Below, one piece after another: positions 26,901-38,900 of a stretch of 64,000 nt of DNA. A program made the translations under genes and the position numbers. The DNA lies in assembly GCA_949358305.1 (NCBI GenBank), contig OX442314.1, positions 19,530,001-19,594,000 on the forward strand. The letters are read 5' to 3'. Position 1 is the stretch's first letter, and each line of letters opens with the position of its first letter. The DNA is from Strigamia acuminata (Eukaryota). The notes under the pieces were generated by a model, which did no database searches, had not been told where the DNA came from, and worked only from the letters and a program-made list of their open reading frames with translations.

Positions 26901-28205
26901 TTAATCTTACATGAAGATCTTAGAGTTAGTAATTGTTCTTTGCTATAAATTATTTTCAGATTGAGTTAATCATGCACTCTAACAAAAAAAGGTGTAGATA
27001 AGTGTAAAGTTGTCCCAGAGGCACCCAACTCGAGATTAAACTCCAAAAAAAATTATTTAAAAAAGAAAACAGTTTATGGTTGCTGTATACAGCACTGGCA
27101 TGCACTTTTGCACTTTTGCATCAAAAAGTGTATTTTTAGAGTTTTGGGTTTATATTTGAATATAAATGCAAAATTTTTTTTCCAGACTTTTCGGTTTTGA
27201 TGGATTCATTACCTTTGTAATACTAAAAGGGCGTGATCCACATTTAAACTGAATGCATAGATTAAATATGTTATCATAAAGTTGGTGCAATTTATGCGCA
27301 AAGTTGCCAGCTGTCAATTTTGAGGCCATTCACCTTGTGTGTTGAGGTGTGTACAAGTGGTGCTTGGGGTCTTTTCTTTTTCGTGTTTAACTTCCTTTGT
27401 CTCCATTATCTCTTGTCCGACCTGTAATTATTTCTCCCACTAAACATTCGAGGTGTCACCTTGATGGAACACACAAGTTGTCACCGGCCAAAGGTCGTTT
27501 ACTTCCTTTTGTGTATCATTGTATGAAGTTTTGGTCGAGAATCCCATAGCAAGCAATTTCTTTTTTGGAATTGGGGATGATAATCCAGCTATGGCTGAAA
27601 CTGAGTCTAAAATGGGTTCCAGTTTAGACGACCCCGCCTTTGTCGACGTGTGGTCCGTGATCGAATAAAGTGAAAAAAAAGTAATGACCAAAGTAAACTC
27701 GCATTACAAAAGAAAACAATTGCCATGAAAGCGATTTATGAGGTGTGGAATGTCGCAAAAAAACAACACTTGGACTTTTCTTGCTAAATTATCATTTTAT
27801 GTATGGAAAGTTTAACGGGTCAAGTTTTTTTTAATTCGAATGTTTTTGTTTTTTAAATAAATTTTTGAAATTGAGACGGATGTGAACTTAGCAATGCAGA
27901 TTAGAATTCTATTAACCCTTTCTTTAAAATGCATTTAAAATTGTCTATTATTTATTTTAAGGGTCAAGTGCACTCGGTGTTAATCTTTTTAGCAATTAAA
28001 AAAAAAGAAGAAAAAACTATTATATTTTTTATGTTTATTGTTTATTTTCAATTGGTACTTTGGTATAGGATTAACACTTAGTGCACTGCGGTATGTCTTG
28101 GGATTGGAATGCGAGCAACTGGACTATCTGCTGCCAGATTGCTTGAAAAGTGCCTAAAAAATGGGAACAGGAACTAATTAATTAGATTTAACTCCAGGAC
28201 ACCCT

Positions 28206-28490
28206 CTAACAAATTTGTTTTGTACGTGTGGGGAGTCTGGCTGGTGCTTGTACAAAGGCACTCACACAGACTGGTTGCCCCACCTGCTCTGTATTTGTTG
28301 TAGAGATGAAATTCCATATAGTAATTGATGCCAGATGCAATACAACACTGCCTTGATGCAAAGTCTGATCATGTGGTAAGTGGAATGACGAGAATTTTGA
28401 ACATTCTGAAAACATTCTTTTGGCAATTTGTACAGTTTTGCTTTTCCGATTCTTCATAGTTTTGCCTACAAGGAGGAAATTACTTGACAT
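28206..28490 (-). pseudogene. Possible decayed Gypsy-type integrase fragment
   Basis: KTVQIAKRMFSEC ... NTEQVGQP ... RLPT loosely recalls the post-catalytic helix and RNTP..G.SPA..RT.LPT stretch of Gypsy integrases; no DDE triad visible. Confidence 0.25.
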
Positions 28491-29071
28491 TACTTCTGGT
28501 TAAAAACGGAGGTAACGCCGCTGCGTTATAATCCGCATTGTTAGAAGAGAAATTGTCGAAGGGTTTTATCCCATGTAATCCGATCACTGGCATGGCAGCA
28601 GCGTGAAATAGCATCCTCCTCCTCCTCCTTTCCTCTCCACACTTTGCAGGTGACGACATCCCCACCACTTTCAAATGACAGGTTTAGGACACAAAATGAT
28701 ATTCGCTTGGTTCCCTTTCGACGATTTTAGTGAGCCACCCATGCTCGTGTTGTTCCATTTGCTCTGACAAAAGAACATGAAGCGGGCGAATGTCTGCGAA
28801 GCAAATTGTATAGATCGCAATTTGATAGATACAGTCAGTGCTTGATGCAGAGGTCTCGGCCTCTGTATCGATTGATTTGTGGAAATAAATTTTTTTTTTA
28901 AATGTTGATAAAAAGAAACTAAAACACACATCCAGTTTTTCTGTGATATTGAGTATAGATGCATATTGTGAGTCTATGAATTAAGCATCGTAATCTTATG
29001 AAGAAAAATTTGAAGTGTGCTGATGCTTTAATTTCAGGCTTTCAGGGGTGCTTAAAAAGCTGAGACTTCGT

Positions 29072-29505
29072 TCTATATTCGAGTTGCACTCAAATAGGCA
29101 CCTCACAATGTGTACTCCCATTGGTCGAGCCAGTTTACTGGTGTAGTGATCCGGAAAAGTAGACCCAAACACCAGAATTGCATTACAATGTGCAGACATT
29201 GTAATCGATTGCCTAGGGAACAGCCTAAAATTCAAACTTCCAGACGATGTAAGCAATAAACACAACAAACCTGAGTTTGACATTTTTTAAAGTGTGAAAC
29301 TTTATTTTAATGATGGAAATAACATTTTTTATTAAATAAAATCAAAATAACATTAACTAAATTAGTCATAACGATCACAACAATAAATAAAAAACAAAAC
29401 TACTTCTCCTAGTAGTAGTATACAGTCTGGAGTTAGTAGTAAACTGGCACGACCAATGGGATTACACATTGTGAGGTGCTTTTTTGAGTGCAACTCGAGT
29501 ATAGA
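29072..29505. mobile_element. MITE with ~68-bp terminal inverted repeats
   Basis: tctatattcgagttgcactcaaataggcacctcacaatgtgtactcccattggtcgagccagtttact matches the reverse complement of ~29438-29505 with few mismatches; AT-rich core. Confidence 0.85.
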
Positions 29506-29553
29506 CATATACAGATACTTCAGGCAATCAGAAGAAGGAAGAAGTGCATAACT

Positions 29554-29799
29554 CGGGGGTATGACAATCAGAATCTGCGTGTCAGAGATTCGAATCTTTC
29601 ATAGGATTCGGTTGGTATTCGGAAAGATTTAGATGATTATTTTAATACAAAAAGTTGAAAAGATTTTAACTTTTGTCCAATTTTCGACAAACAATTCAAA
29701 ATTTATAAAATTTATAAAATGTAAAGATTCGGGAATCGGGGAATCGGAACAGGATTCGAAAGTCCATGTCAGAGATTCGGTTGAATGTCTTACCCCTTG
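29554..29799. mobile_element. Second, short copy of the GATTCGG hAT-like MITE family
   Basis: Ends cgggggtatgacaatcagaatctgc and tgtcagagattcggttgaatgtcttaccccttg homologous to 4901-5662; perfect 8-bp TSD gcataact at 29546-29553 and 29800-29807. Confidence 0.88.
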
Positions 29800-32329
29800 G
29801 CATAACTGCATTTTGAAGCTTAAAACCATGCGCATATCCAGGGGGTAGCTGCGAGGCTCCATCTACACTTTCTGACAAAATTTTGAAATATATTATTATT
29901 AGTATCGGTGATATTATTTTTATGCTGTGTGCAGCATAGGTGGTATCCATGACAACTTTTTTTTGGCTACTTACGCAATAACTGGAAGCTGTTTTCTTTT
30001 TCTGGGGAAGGGGAAACAGTAAAACTTCTATTTTTAGAGCCATTATTAGTTACTCCGGTAACACCCCTCTTAGACTTTGGTTAGCATGTTTTATTAAGAA
30101 CAAAATCGCTGAAAAAAATTGCTGCCACTTTAAAACCAGTCAGATCAGTTTTGGATTGAGGAAATGACATTGGAGCTAGAATTAGTTTGGTTTCAGTTTG
30201 ACAAAACGCCAACCACCATATTATGAGGATCTATGTTGTTGTAAGATGTCAGTATTAGTATTTAGGTGGGTCTTCAGGAAACTGGTCGATAGCCAATAGA
30301 AGTTTGACAGAGTAAATAATTGCTGAATGTCGTTCGATGTTTCTAACCGGAAATACAAAATTGCCTTTTCTGTATTTGTTTGGTAGTCTTTAACTGAGTT
30401 TTTCAAGAGTTTTCACGTTTTCTTCTTTGACTGAACACATACTCAAACCAAATTTGGCCTGTGAGAAACGAATCTTTGATCAGTGTCTCACCTGAGGATA
30501 TTTGTCGACGAAGAAAACTCTGATCATGCGCAGGCGACGTTCTCTTTTCTGTGAAATCACCCACAAATGACGCATTTATTTCACATTATCGGTCTCCTCA
30601 ATGTGAGGTACCTGTGAAACTTGACTTCTCTAACTGTAAAAGACAGCACAGATGCTCGGTGAAAGGAATTCAGTAAAAGAATTTGGCCTTGGACAATTGC
30701 GACAGCGACAGCTGAGCTTTTGAAGTCATTATACTTCTGCGAAAGGAAATGTAAGAATAAAATGCGAGCACAAACAACTGCAACTGGACAAATAGATATG
30801 GTTTTAGATAATTTTTTCGGTTTCAATTCGAAATGTTTTGAAACGCACCAAAATGATGTTTATCTTTATATTTTTGAACAATATTGTCTTGGGAAGTGAA
30901 GACGAACATCATGTGAGCACACTTCCTGCTTGAAAAATCACATCGCATGTTGAGGGTTTAGTTGGAGACGTTTTGATGGGAGGATTTTATTGTTTACAGA
31001 CAATCTAGGCCAAGTCATCGAACTATAAAAATACGAGAAAATAAAAAATATATCTATTTTTGATTTCTTTATGTCGATTTAGAAATCCTAACGCAAGCGC
31101 AAGACTGGACAGTTTTATACAGTTTTCGTGTCGTGCTTGCTAGTAATTTGAATTTTTTTTGTTGGATCGATTAACCATCAAGAATAATGACACTTTTTCT
31201 CCCAGCCCAAGGTATTATTATTAGAATCCTAATAAGCAAGTTTTAATGTTTTGTACTGATTACTGTAGGCTTTTTTTCTCTTTCTTTTTTGGGAAGCGGT
31301 TTTCGGAAATAATTACAAATTTTGCTAGTGATTATGAAGCAAAATTAAAATTATACTAGGCAAATATATGTTGTTAACTTATTACTTGTCTAATTTTTAA
31401 ATAAATAAATAGTACCTTGCGCTATTGGGATGGAACTTGGTCCCCGGGTCGAGAAAACTTGCTCCGGAACATCTTGGCATCACATCAGATGCTGACGACT
31501 AAATGAAAGAGAAAAATTTAATCTCAAATCAAAAATTTTAAGTGATAGACAAAAACTTCTCAATGTTTTCTGCCGATTTTTTTACTAGGAGAAGGACATT
31601 TGTCACAATTTCGACAGTTTGGCTAACCTAGACCTGAGTCTGGCAACTTCTTGGGCTGGTCCACTCTTGTCATAATAAAAGGCAAATTAATATGCAAAAA
31701 AACGATGGAAAACTTAGACAAACACGCGAAAAAAGGCCTAAAAATTAGTTAAAATTAGACTGAGGCTTGGCTCTGTTCGTAGCCTTTATATAGTGGTGTT
31801 TTTTCTTTAAAGGTACTACCGGTATTTATTTATTTAAAAATTAGACAAGCCATAAGTTAATAACATTTATTTGCAAATGTTGTATAATTAGGAACTATTT
31901 TTAAAAGGGAGTCATTTTACTGTTGTGTTGTTTTTTTATTCATTGGAAATGTGCACACATTTAATGGAATTCGGTAATAGGTTTGCTTGATCTTGAACTG
32001 AACTAATAAGGGTATTCACAGGCCATTACGTGTTTTGCATATTGAGTTACGTCGGTTCACGTCATCCGTCATTTAGCTCAATAAGGTAATCGAGCACGGA
32101 AAAAACTGCCTTTGCAATTTGAATAACTTCGGTTTTTGATGTTCAATATACAACTGGCCCAACTGGGTTCAATTAAATTACGTTTTCTTCTTTGGATCTT
32201 TTAATTGAAAATTGTAGTTGAATTACTTGTCAATTATGTTGCGTAAAGTTGATAAATGGAGTTGAGCATACAAAGATGGGGTCTGAAATATTGTACAACC
32301 GTTCACAGTTCAGCAGCTGTCATTAATGA

Positions 32330-32475
32330 TGTGAGAGAAGAAAGGCTGGTGCTAGAGGGGAAGGTCAGCACTCAAGAAGCAGAAGAGGACATGGACGATT
32401 GGACTCTCTAGTAATTACAAGCACTGAGCCAAAGAGGAGAATCGAGCCAAAAACCACTTCCGTATCAAGATGGCT
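32330..32475 (+). mobile_element. 3'-end relic of an RTE-clade LINE
   Basis: Broken-frame translation ERLVLEGKV ... QKRTWT ... DWT recalls the LxLEGKxxGxRxRGRxxxxWxDxxxxWT motif at the C-terminus of RTE-type ORFs. Confidence 0.5.
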
Positions 32476-33061
32476 GAGATACATACGAACCCTCACAGTG
32501 GGAATTTGATTTCAATTTTAGGAAAAGTCATTTAGATAGCATTTATAATAGAAATTAAAGTAAATTTGATATGCAAGCTCAGTATCTAAGAAATACAAAT
32601 GTGCTGAGTGAACATTTTACCTCAGGAAACAGATAAGAGAAAATGGTGAACTTGTACACGATTTGGTTTAAAGATTGGAGTTTCATTAAAGTTTTACAGT
32701 GAATTTAGTTTAGGATGGTCAAAGAGTGCAAGATTTGGTTGATGGGCTCAGGCGAGCCGTGCAGTACTGCACTCTAGTGGTGACATGGCGCAATGAGTTT
32801 ATTTTTAGAAGAAAAAAATATAAAACTGCGCATATCCTTTTTCAAGCTAAGTTGGCAAGGAAAAGAATACCTGTCACCGATCTGACGTTATGATCGAATT
32901 TTATCGTTGTTTATTATCATCTGGATGCACATCTATAGTTGTACCCAGCAATTTGGGGCGTCGCTTGTTCAACCTTAGTGACTAGATAAAATTTGATTCG
33001 CATGTATATTGATTAAATTACATCGATTAGCTTCATTTTTAATCTATATTTAAATGTAGTA

Positions 33062-33196
33062 GGCACATTCATAAAGTCATGTTTAACTTGCATTTAAATA
33101 AACATGTTTTGCATTTGCTGATTATGACTGAAAACAGATTAAATCGCTTTAAAGTATGTTGTTTAGTCTAAATTACCGGTACTTTATGAATGCGCC
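33062..33196. mobile_element. MITE of the GGCGCATTCATAAA family
   Basis: TA|ggcacattcataaagt ... actttatgaatgcgcc|TA, 15/16 TIR match. Confidence 0.8.
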
Positions 33197-33213
33197 TAGC
33201 ATAAGCCACTACT

Positions 33214-33497
33214 ACTACGTTTACATGCACCGAATATTTTGAGTGGTGAAAAAATAAAATTGTTGTGTTTAGTGCATAAAATAATTCGTGATCACTTTTG
33301 GTTTTCGACAAATGGGGAAGTGTCGGAAGCAATGCGCGCATGCGCAATAAAAATAGTTTCGAGTTTCCTCGAATTAAACAACCTTCTGCGAGGGATTATT
33401 CACTACTCGAATAATCTTTGTCATCCCTGTTTACGTGACAGTTGTGCACACGGAATATTTGATCTCACTCGAAATATTCCATGCATGTAAACTTAGT
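33214..33497. mobile_element. Harbinger-like MITE
   Basis: actacgtttacatgca ... tgcatgtaaacttagt (15/16) with gaatattt/aatattc subterminal motifs; TSD not clean. Confidence 0.65.
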
Positions 33498-34644
33498 ATA
33501 TGACACGTTTAATATTAGCAACGTTTGCAGAATTTTGTAGAAAAATGGAACGAAATTGCATCAGCAAAATTCCAGTCACTAACTGCATACGAATTTTTAA
33601 TTTGGATCAAGTTTGAGAATGTACTTTGGTGTCTTGCGCTTAGTTTGGGGATTGATTGTGCATTCTGAGGTGCCGCCGTGCAATTTTGTTTTCAATAATT
33701 TACATATTGGATTTTTTTTTTCTCATTTGTTCGTTTAATTGGGGAAATTCTTTCGTGTAAGGATACCTGAATATCTCACACGCTCGTGTGAATATTGTTT
33801 TGTGCTATCATTTTTTCCTAGAGATTCTTATCCCAGAAATATTAGTACCCAACGGGCGTGTTGGATCTTATCAGCCAGGAAAACTGGAGCACAAAAAAAG
33901 GACAAGAATAGTCACTCACTTCTATTGTGCAATTATATTGCTGAGAGTAAAACAGAAAAATTTACCGAACCCATGCCAACACAAGGGAAATAATAATATC
34001 TTCAACATAGTGGACATTTTTGCCTCATTTTTGGACCATTATTTATTGTACACAAGTGACCAAGAACTTTTTATTGAAGAAAGTGTTGGGACTTCATTTT
34101 TTTTTTTTGCATTTTGTTTTTGTGACAGTTAATTGTCACAAGGACGACAATTGTACCGGAAACACTAAATGAATCTGCTATCTTTTGGTTGGTGCAATTA
34201 GATCAGATCAAGATTAGTATAAGGGAACATTTTCCAGAATGTATTGGGTTGAAGGAATTAGGTTAGTTAATCACAGTCATTTATTATTTAACTTTTCATG
34301 TATCAAGTGGAATTCAAATGACATCACATCAGTCTGAAGAGCTGTGAATTAGAGCGTTTCTTTGAACGTTCATCATAACTTAAGAAGGTTTCATCTATCT
34401 TTAGAATTCTTATTTCTAATATCAACCAACTACAATAAACCAAACTCTGTTCTTCGAATCCCATAACTTTCAAACTTGAAGTTGGAAGTGTAAAATGATC
34501 TGGTCTAAAAGTTGAAAAATGAAGCAAAATATTTTATTTACTGAATTCAACTTTATGGAACGTTCCATATCTTGATGATAAATACTGCACAAACACTAAC
34601 TTCCATTTTTTGCACACGAAAACGCAAAAATCCGAAAGGTAATA

Positions 34645-34823
34645 CAGTTGAAACTCTTTATAACGAATCGCAAGGGACCCAAAAAAATCGATTCGTTATA
34701 ACGAGAATTCGTTATATCGAAATTTTTTAACACTGTGTTCTATGGCCAGCCAACCAAACATTTTTAGGGATTCGTCTTTCGATAATTCGTTATATCGCGA
34801 TTCGTTATAAAGAGTTTCGACTG
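34645..34823. mobile_element. pogo/Tigger-like MITE (same family as 11580)
   Basis: TA|cagttgaaactctttataacgaatcgc ... gcgattcgttataaagagtttcgactg|TA, 26/27 TIR match. Confidence 0.9.
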
Positions 34824-35741
34824 TATTCCACTTTACTGAGTCGAGCCATCACCTGGTATTATTTATTAGTTTATGTTGGCGCAGACGGGAATTTTCAGCT
34901 TGATTTTGGCATCAACATACCGGGCGGCAGACTATGGATGAGGAAATGCTGGAACAGACTCTACATTTTACATTACTGTACAAAAGCACATCAAATTACT
35001 TATAAATAAATTAATAATATATTCAACAAAAAGCTGTCAGAAAATCGTCAACTCTTTGCCTAAGGTTTTTGTGAGGGGCTTTACAAGGACTGGAAGATGT
35101 CATTAAAAAACGGCATCTTTAGTGCAATTTTTTTAAAAAGGGTTTTTTTTTGCGACCAATAAGCTCTAAAAAATCGTGAGTAACATTTCTTTTAGCTTTG
35201 GGGCGTCATGTCTTAGATCCAGAAACAGAAGCCACATGTTTGAACTCGAGCTCCTGGTTTTTCTTAGAATTATACTGCAATCTATATTACTGATCTAATA
35301 TTAAAAGGGAAACACGAATCTGATTTTGGAAGAAATGGTATCTGTAATCGATATCTAAATACCTTTCTTGGAACATTTGTAATCCAATTGGGTTGATAAT
35401 TTTTGTACAAAAACATCAAGAACAGAAATTTTAATTGAATTAATTAATTTTTTTTAAATCTAAATATAACAGTACTTAGAAACAGAGCTCACTTTTTTAT
35501 GCAAATATTATTTACAAATTAATAAAATAAAAAAAAAACCTATCTTGAATTTATTATAATACATATATGTTTAAAATTTAATATCAAACAACAAACTTTG
35601 TAAGTTATGTCAGTTGACACGTTTAGAGAAATATAGACCTTATACCTTTGATAACGACAGATAAGGATTATTGTCATCAACTCCTTGTTTTCACATATAA
35701 AACACCGTTCGCACTTCAAGGTCTAGTTATACGGTTAAATT

Positions 35742-35939
35742 ATGGACGAAAACGTTTCAAGAGTCACAGTGGATATTGTTTATAAGGTAGTGTCACATAA
35801 GCACGCTTTATCGTTGCCGGTAAAATCACCAAGCATGAAAGAGTTGAAAAAGAAGAGTAAGCACAATAGGCAAAGATCGCTTACTGACATGGAGCAACGC
35901 AGGTCTACGCGCTTATTTAGACCAAAATCGTTATCAAAT
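35742..35939 (+). CDS. Unidentified gene, candidate first coding exon
   Basis: ATG 35742, 66 codons, consensus donor aat|gtaagt; phase 0 matches the next exon. Confidence 0.65.
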
Positions 35940-38900
35940 GTAAGTTAGAAATAATTTTTATTTTTAATTTAGTGAGCGTTGTATGGTTCTGGATTGATTA
36001 TTAAAATTAATGAAATATTTAATAGGTTTAATGGTTTCGGACAGGTTTATCCAACGTTCAAAGTAAAAGTAAATAAAAAAGAATATTTTATAAATCTGAA
36101 TTGTGCTGATTTCTCTGATGCTGGGGGACAGGAAAGCGGAAGTATTTTTCCCTCACAAACGGCAAATTTGGTTTACTCGCAATTCGATTTTCGATATCCC
36201 ATTTGAATGGTGGTTTATCTTGATTTTTCCGTGAATTATCAGTCCGATTTAGTTCTCCATTTTGCGGAGTTGCTGAAAAGTTAGTCAAAATCCATTTCAC
36301 AACGCACCGAAACATAGAGACGTTTCCTGGTGACGTCTTTAACACGTTTCTTTTACGTATAAGCGAACACGCGGTAAATTTTTGTATTTATCCAGCGCAT
36401 CTAGTGGAAACAGATCAGTTGACAACTGCTTGTCACGAATTTTGATCATACAAGACAAAACAGCGACGTCAAGTTCAAATGTCTAATTTTAAGTCATCAA
36501 GTATTTTAGGCTTAGCTTACTTAACATCTGAACAATCGTCAGACGATGAAATGGACGAGGAGAGTATTTCTTACTTGGTAATACCCGAAGAAAAAGATAA
36601 AATTGCAACTGTGACACCAGAGAAAGAAGAAAGGATTGTTGTCTGTGAAACAGTTGTCTCGAAATACGATGATTTTGATTCGTTATTGCCACCGGAAGCG
36701 CCCGGAGAATGCTCACCACGGTTACAGTCAAAAATTGCTCGGTTGTACGAGAAAAAAATGAGGGAAGGAATCGATATGAATGAGTTCATTCAAAACAGAA
36801 AAGATTTTAACAACCCGAGCATTTATGAGAAATTAATTTCTTTTTGCGGAATTGATGAATACGGGACTAATTTCCCGCGAGATTTTCCGTTCGGGCCTGA
36901 ATCGTATTACGAGGAATTAGCCAAAGCACAAAATATTGAAATGGAGAAACGACAAAAAGAAATAACAGAAAAAATAAAAATTGAATCTCTATCGATAGCA
37001 GTTGTTGCAAGTGATGGTGAAACAAAAAGCAAACGAGATATGGATGCAAATTCAAAAATAAATGAATGGGAAACCCCACCAGTGTCGCGAAATAAAACGA
37101 CTGTAATTTCAGCATTTGGACCAATCTCGAGAAATACAAAACAAAAACGACAGCATAAAATTTGGTAATTGTAAATTAAAATGCAAAATAAATCACGAAA
37201 ACTAAGATTGATAAAAAAAAATAAAAATAGCAATAAAAGTGTATTTTTTTCACGTTTTCTATCTACAAGCGGTATTTCTTTTCTGTCATCGGGTTTGCTG
37301 TCGGCGGCCCTTCTTGCGTCACTGAGTTCGCGACTTTTTCCGTGAAGAATTAACATTTGAATCTGTCTATTTTTATATATTACTTTTACGAAAGCCACGT
37401 GTGGCTTAAATAAAAGTAAAAGGTCACAAGTTATTTTATTGTAGTGAGTAAACATGGAATTTGATCTAATAAGAAAACGAAAGTATTTATTGCTATCATT
37501 TTTTTATTACAATTTTGGTATCGGATGGAAAGATATGTTTTCCTTACTTTTGAAATATTGAGTAACATATGACTAATATAAGGCGTGTGGGCTGCTTTAT
37601 ATAGAAGTTCAGTAGTTCAGTAGTTGCACTACTGAACTTTTAAATTTAGCACAACGATAACTTTTCAAGTGTTAATTGTTATTTTTTAATATTTGTCAAC
37701 ACGGCAGAAAGTTTTAATTTGTTGGTTGAAAAGGTGGAAATAGTGAATCCGATACTCTAGTTTCTCTATTCTTGCTGGGGAGAAGCTTGAGTTTCTCTCT
37801 TTACTGAAAATCGAAACCACAGTCGCTTGTGGGATTAGAAACTCGGAACTGCGGCTGTGTTATTCCTATTCGGTGCAATGTAAAAGGAGTATTAAAACCT
37901 GTTCCTGACTCTGCCATGATGAATTTCCGAACGGAAATTGTTAGTTTGTGAAGAGAAAAGAGAGTTTTAAAGTTTTCAGGCGAGTCTACTTATTCAAACG
38001 AATAATTTAATTTGGATTTACTCGAGCGGAACTAGAAATGGAAAATCGAAGAACAAAAAAAGAAAAGTGAAATTCGATTTTAATAGATTTATTCTTAGAC
38101 TAAATATAAAATTGGCACTCCCATGGACTAGCTTTTTCATTGTCTTAAAAATCAAATCAAATGTCATTTGACAGGTGATAAGTAATTAGTTAATATTGTT
38201 TCCTTCTAATTATCAGATAATTTTATTAAAAATAAGAATGGTGATGAGGAAATTTTTGTGAGTAATCAATTAAATTGATTAGATTTAATTGTATGGTATA
38301 CGGTAAAAAAAAAACAATGTGGAATTAATTTGTTGATTTACGTTTATTTTTTCAGGTGTGCGAATCCAGTGAATTTGATTTTGATAATAAATTCGAGCCT
38401 AAACTCTATTCCTTTTCGCGGATCGAAGATGATCATGTGTGGGAGCCCTCTTGTGAGTATTTGAATAAGTTTGGCGTCATTTTAAATTACCTTTACATAC
38501 ACACGTTCTATAAATAAATGCAAGTTCAACCTTTAACTTTACCGTTCTAACAAATCAGATTGGATATTCCCATGGAAACCGAATAAGTGTTTATTACAAT
38601 GACTAGAAAATGTTGCATTAATTTGTAATTAATGGAGACATACAATGCATTTCACTACAAAATTAATATAACTTTAATGTTAAATACATGAATTAATTAC
38701 GAATTAAGCTTCATTAATGTCGCGTCGCACTGTTTTTATTGTGACGAGAATTTAACGAGCGCCACTGCTCACTGTTCCAGTGAGAGGTTAATTGAATGTT
38801 CTCAGATCCACTAGAAAATAATCAGGAATACAGAATCTTATCTCTAACTCACAATTTGTCAGCAAATAAATGCAATTTGGCAATTACTAATTCCAATCTT

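Noticed and set aside
6871..34527. Remaining 60-130 aa ORFs of the ORF track in this interval
   Set aside because: F/L/I/K-rich translations expected from AT-rich non-coding DNA or MITEs, many with non-ATG starts and no domain motifs.
36907..37455. 182-aa antisense ORF overlapping the SAP30BP-like gene
   Set aside because: Largely an antisense shadow plus low-complexity T-rich sequence; no recognisable domain.
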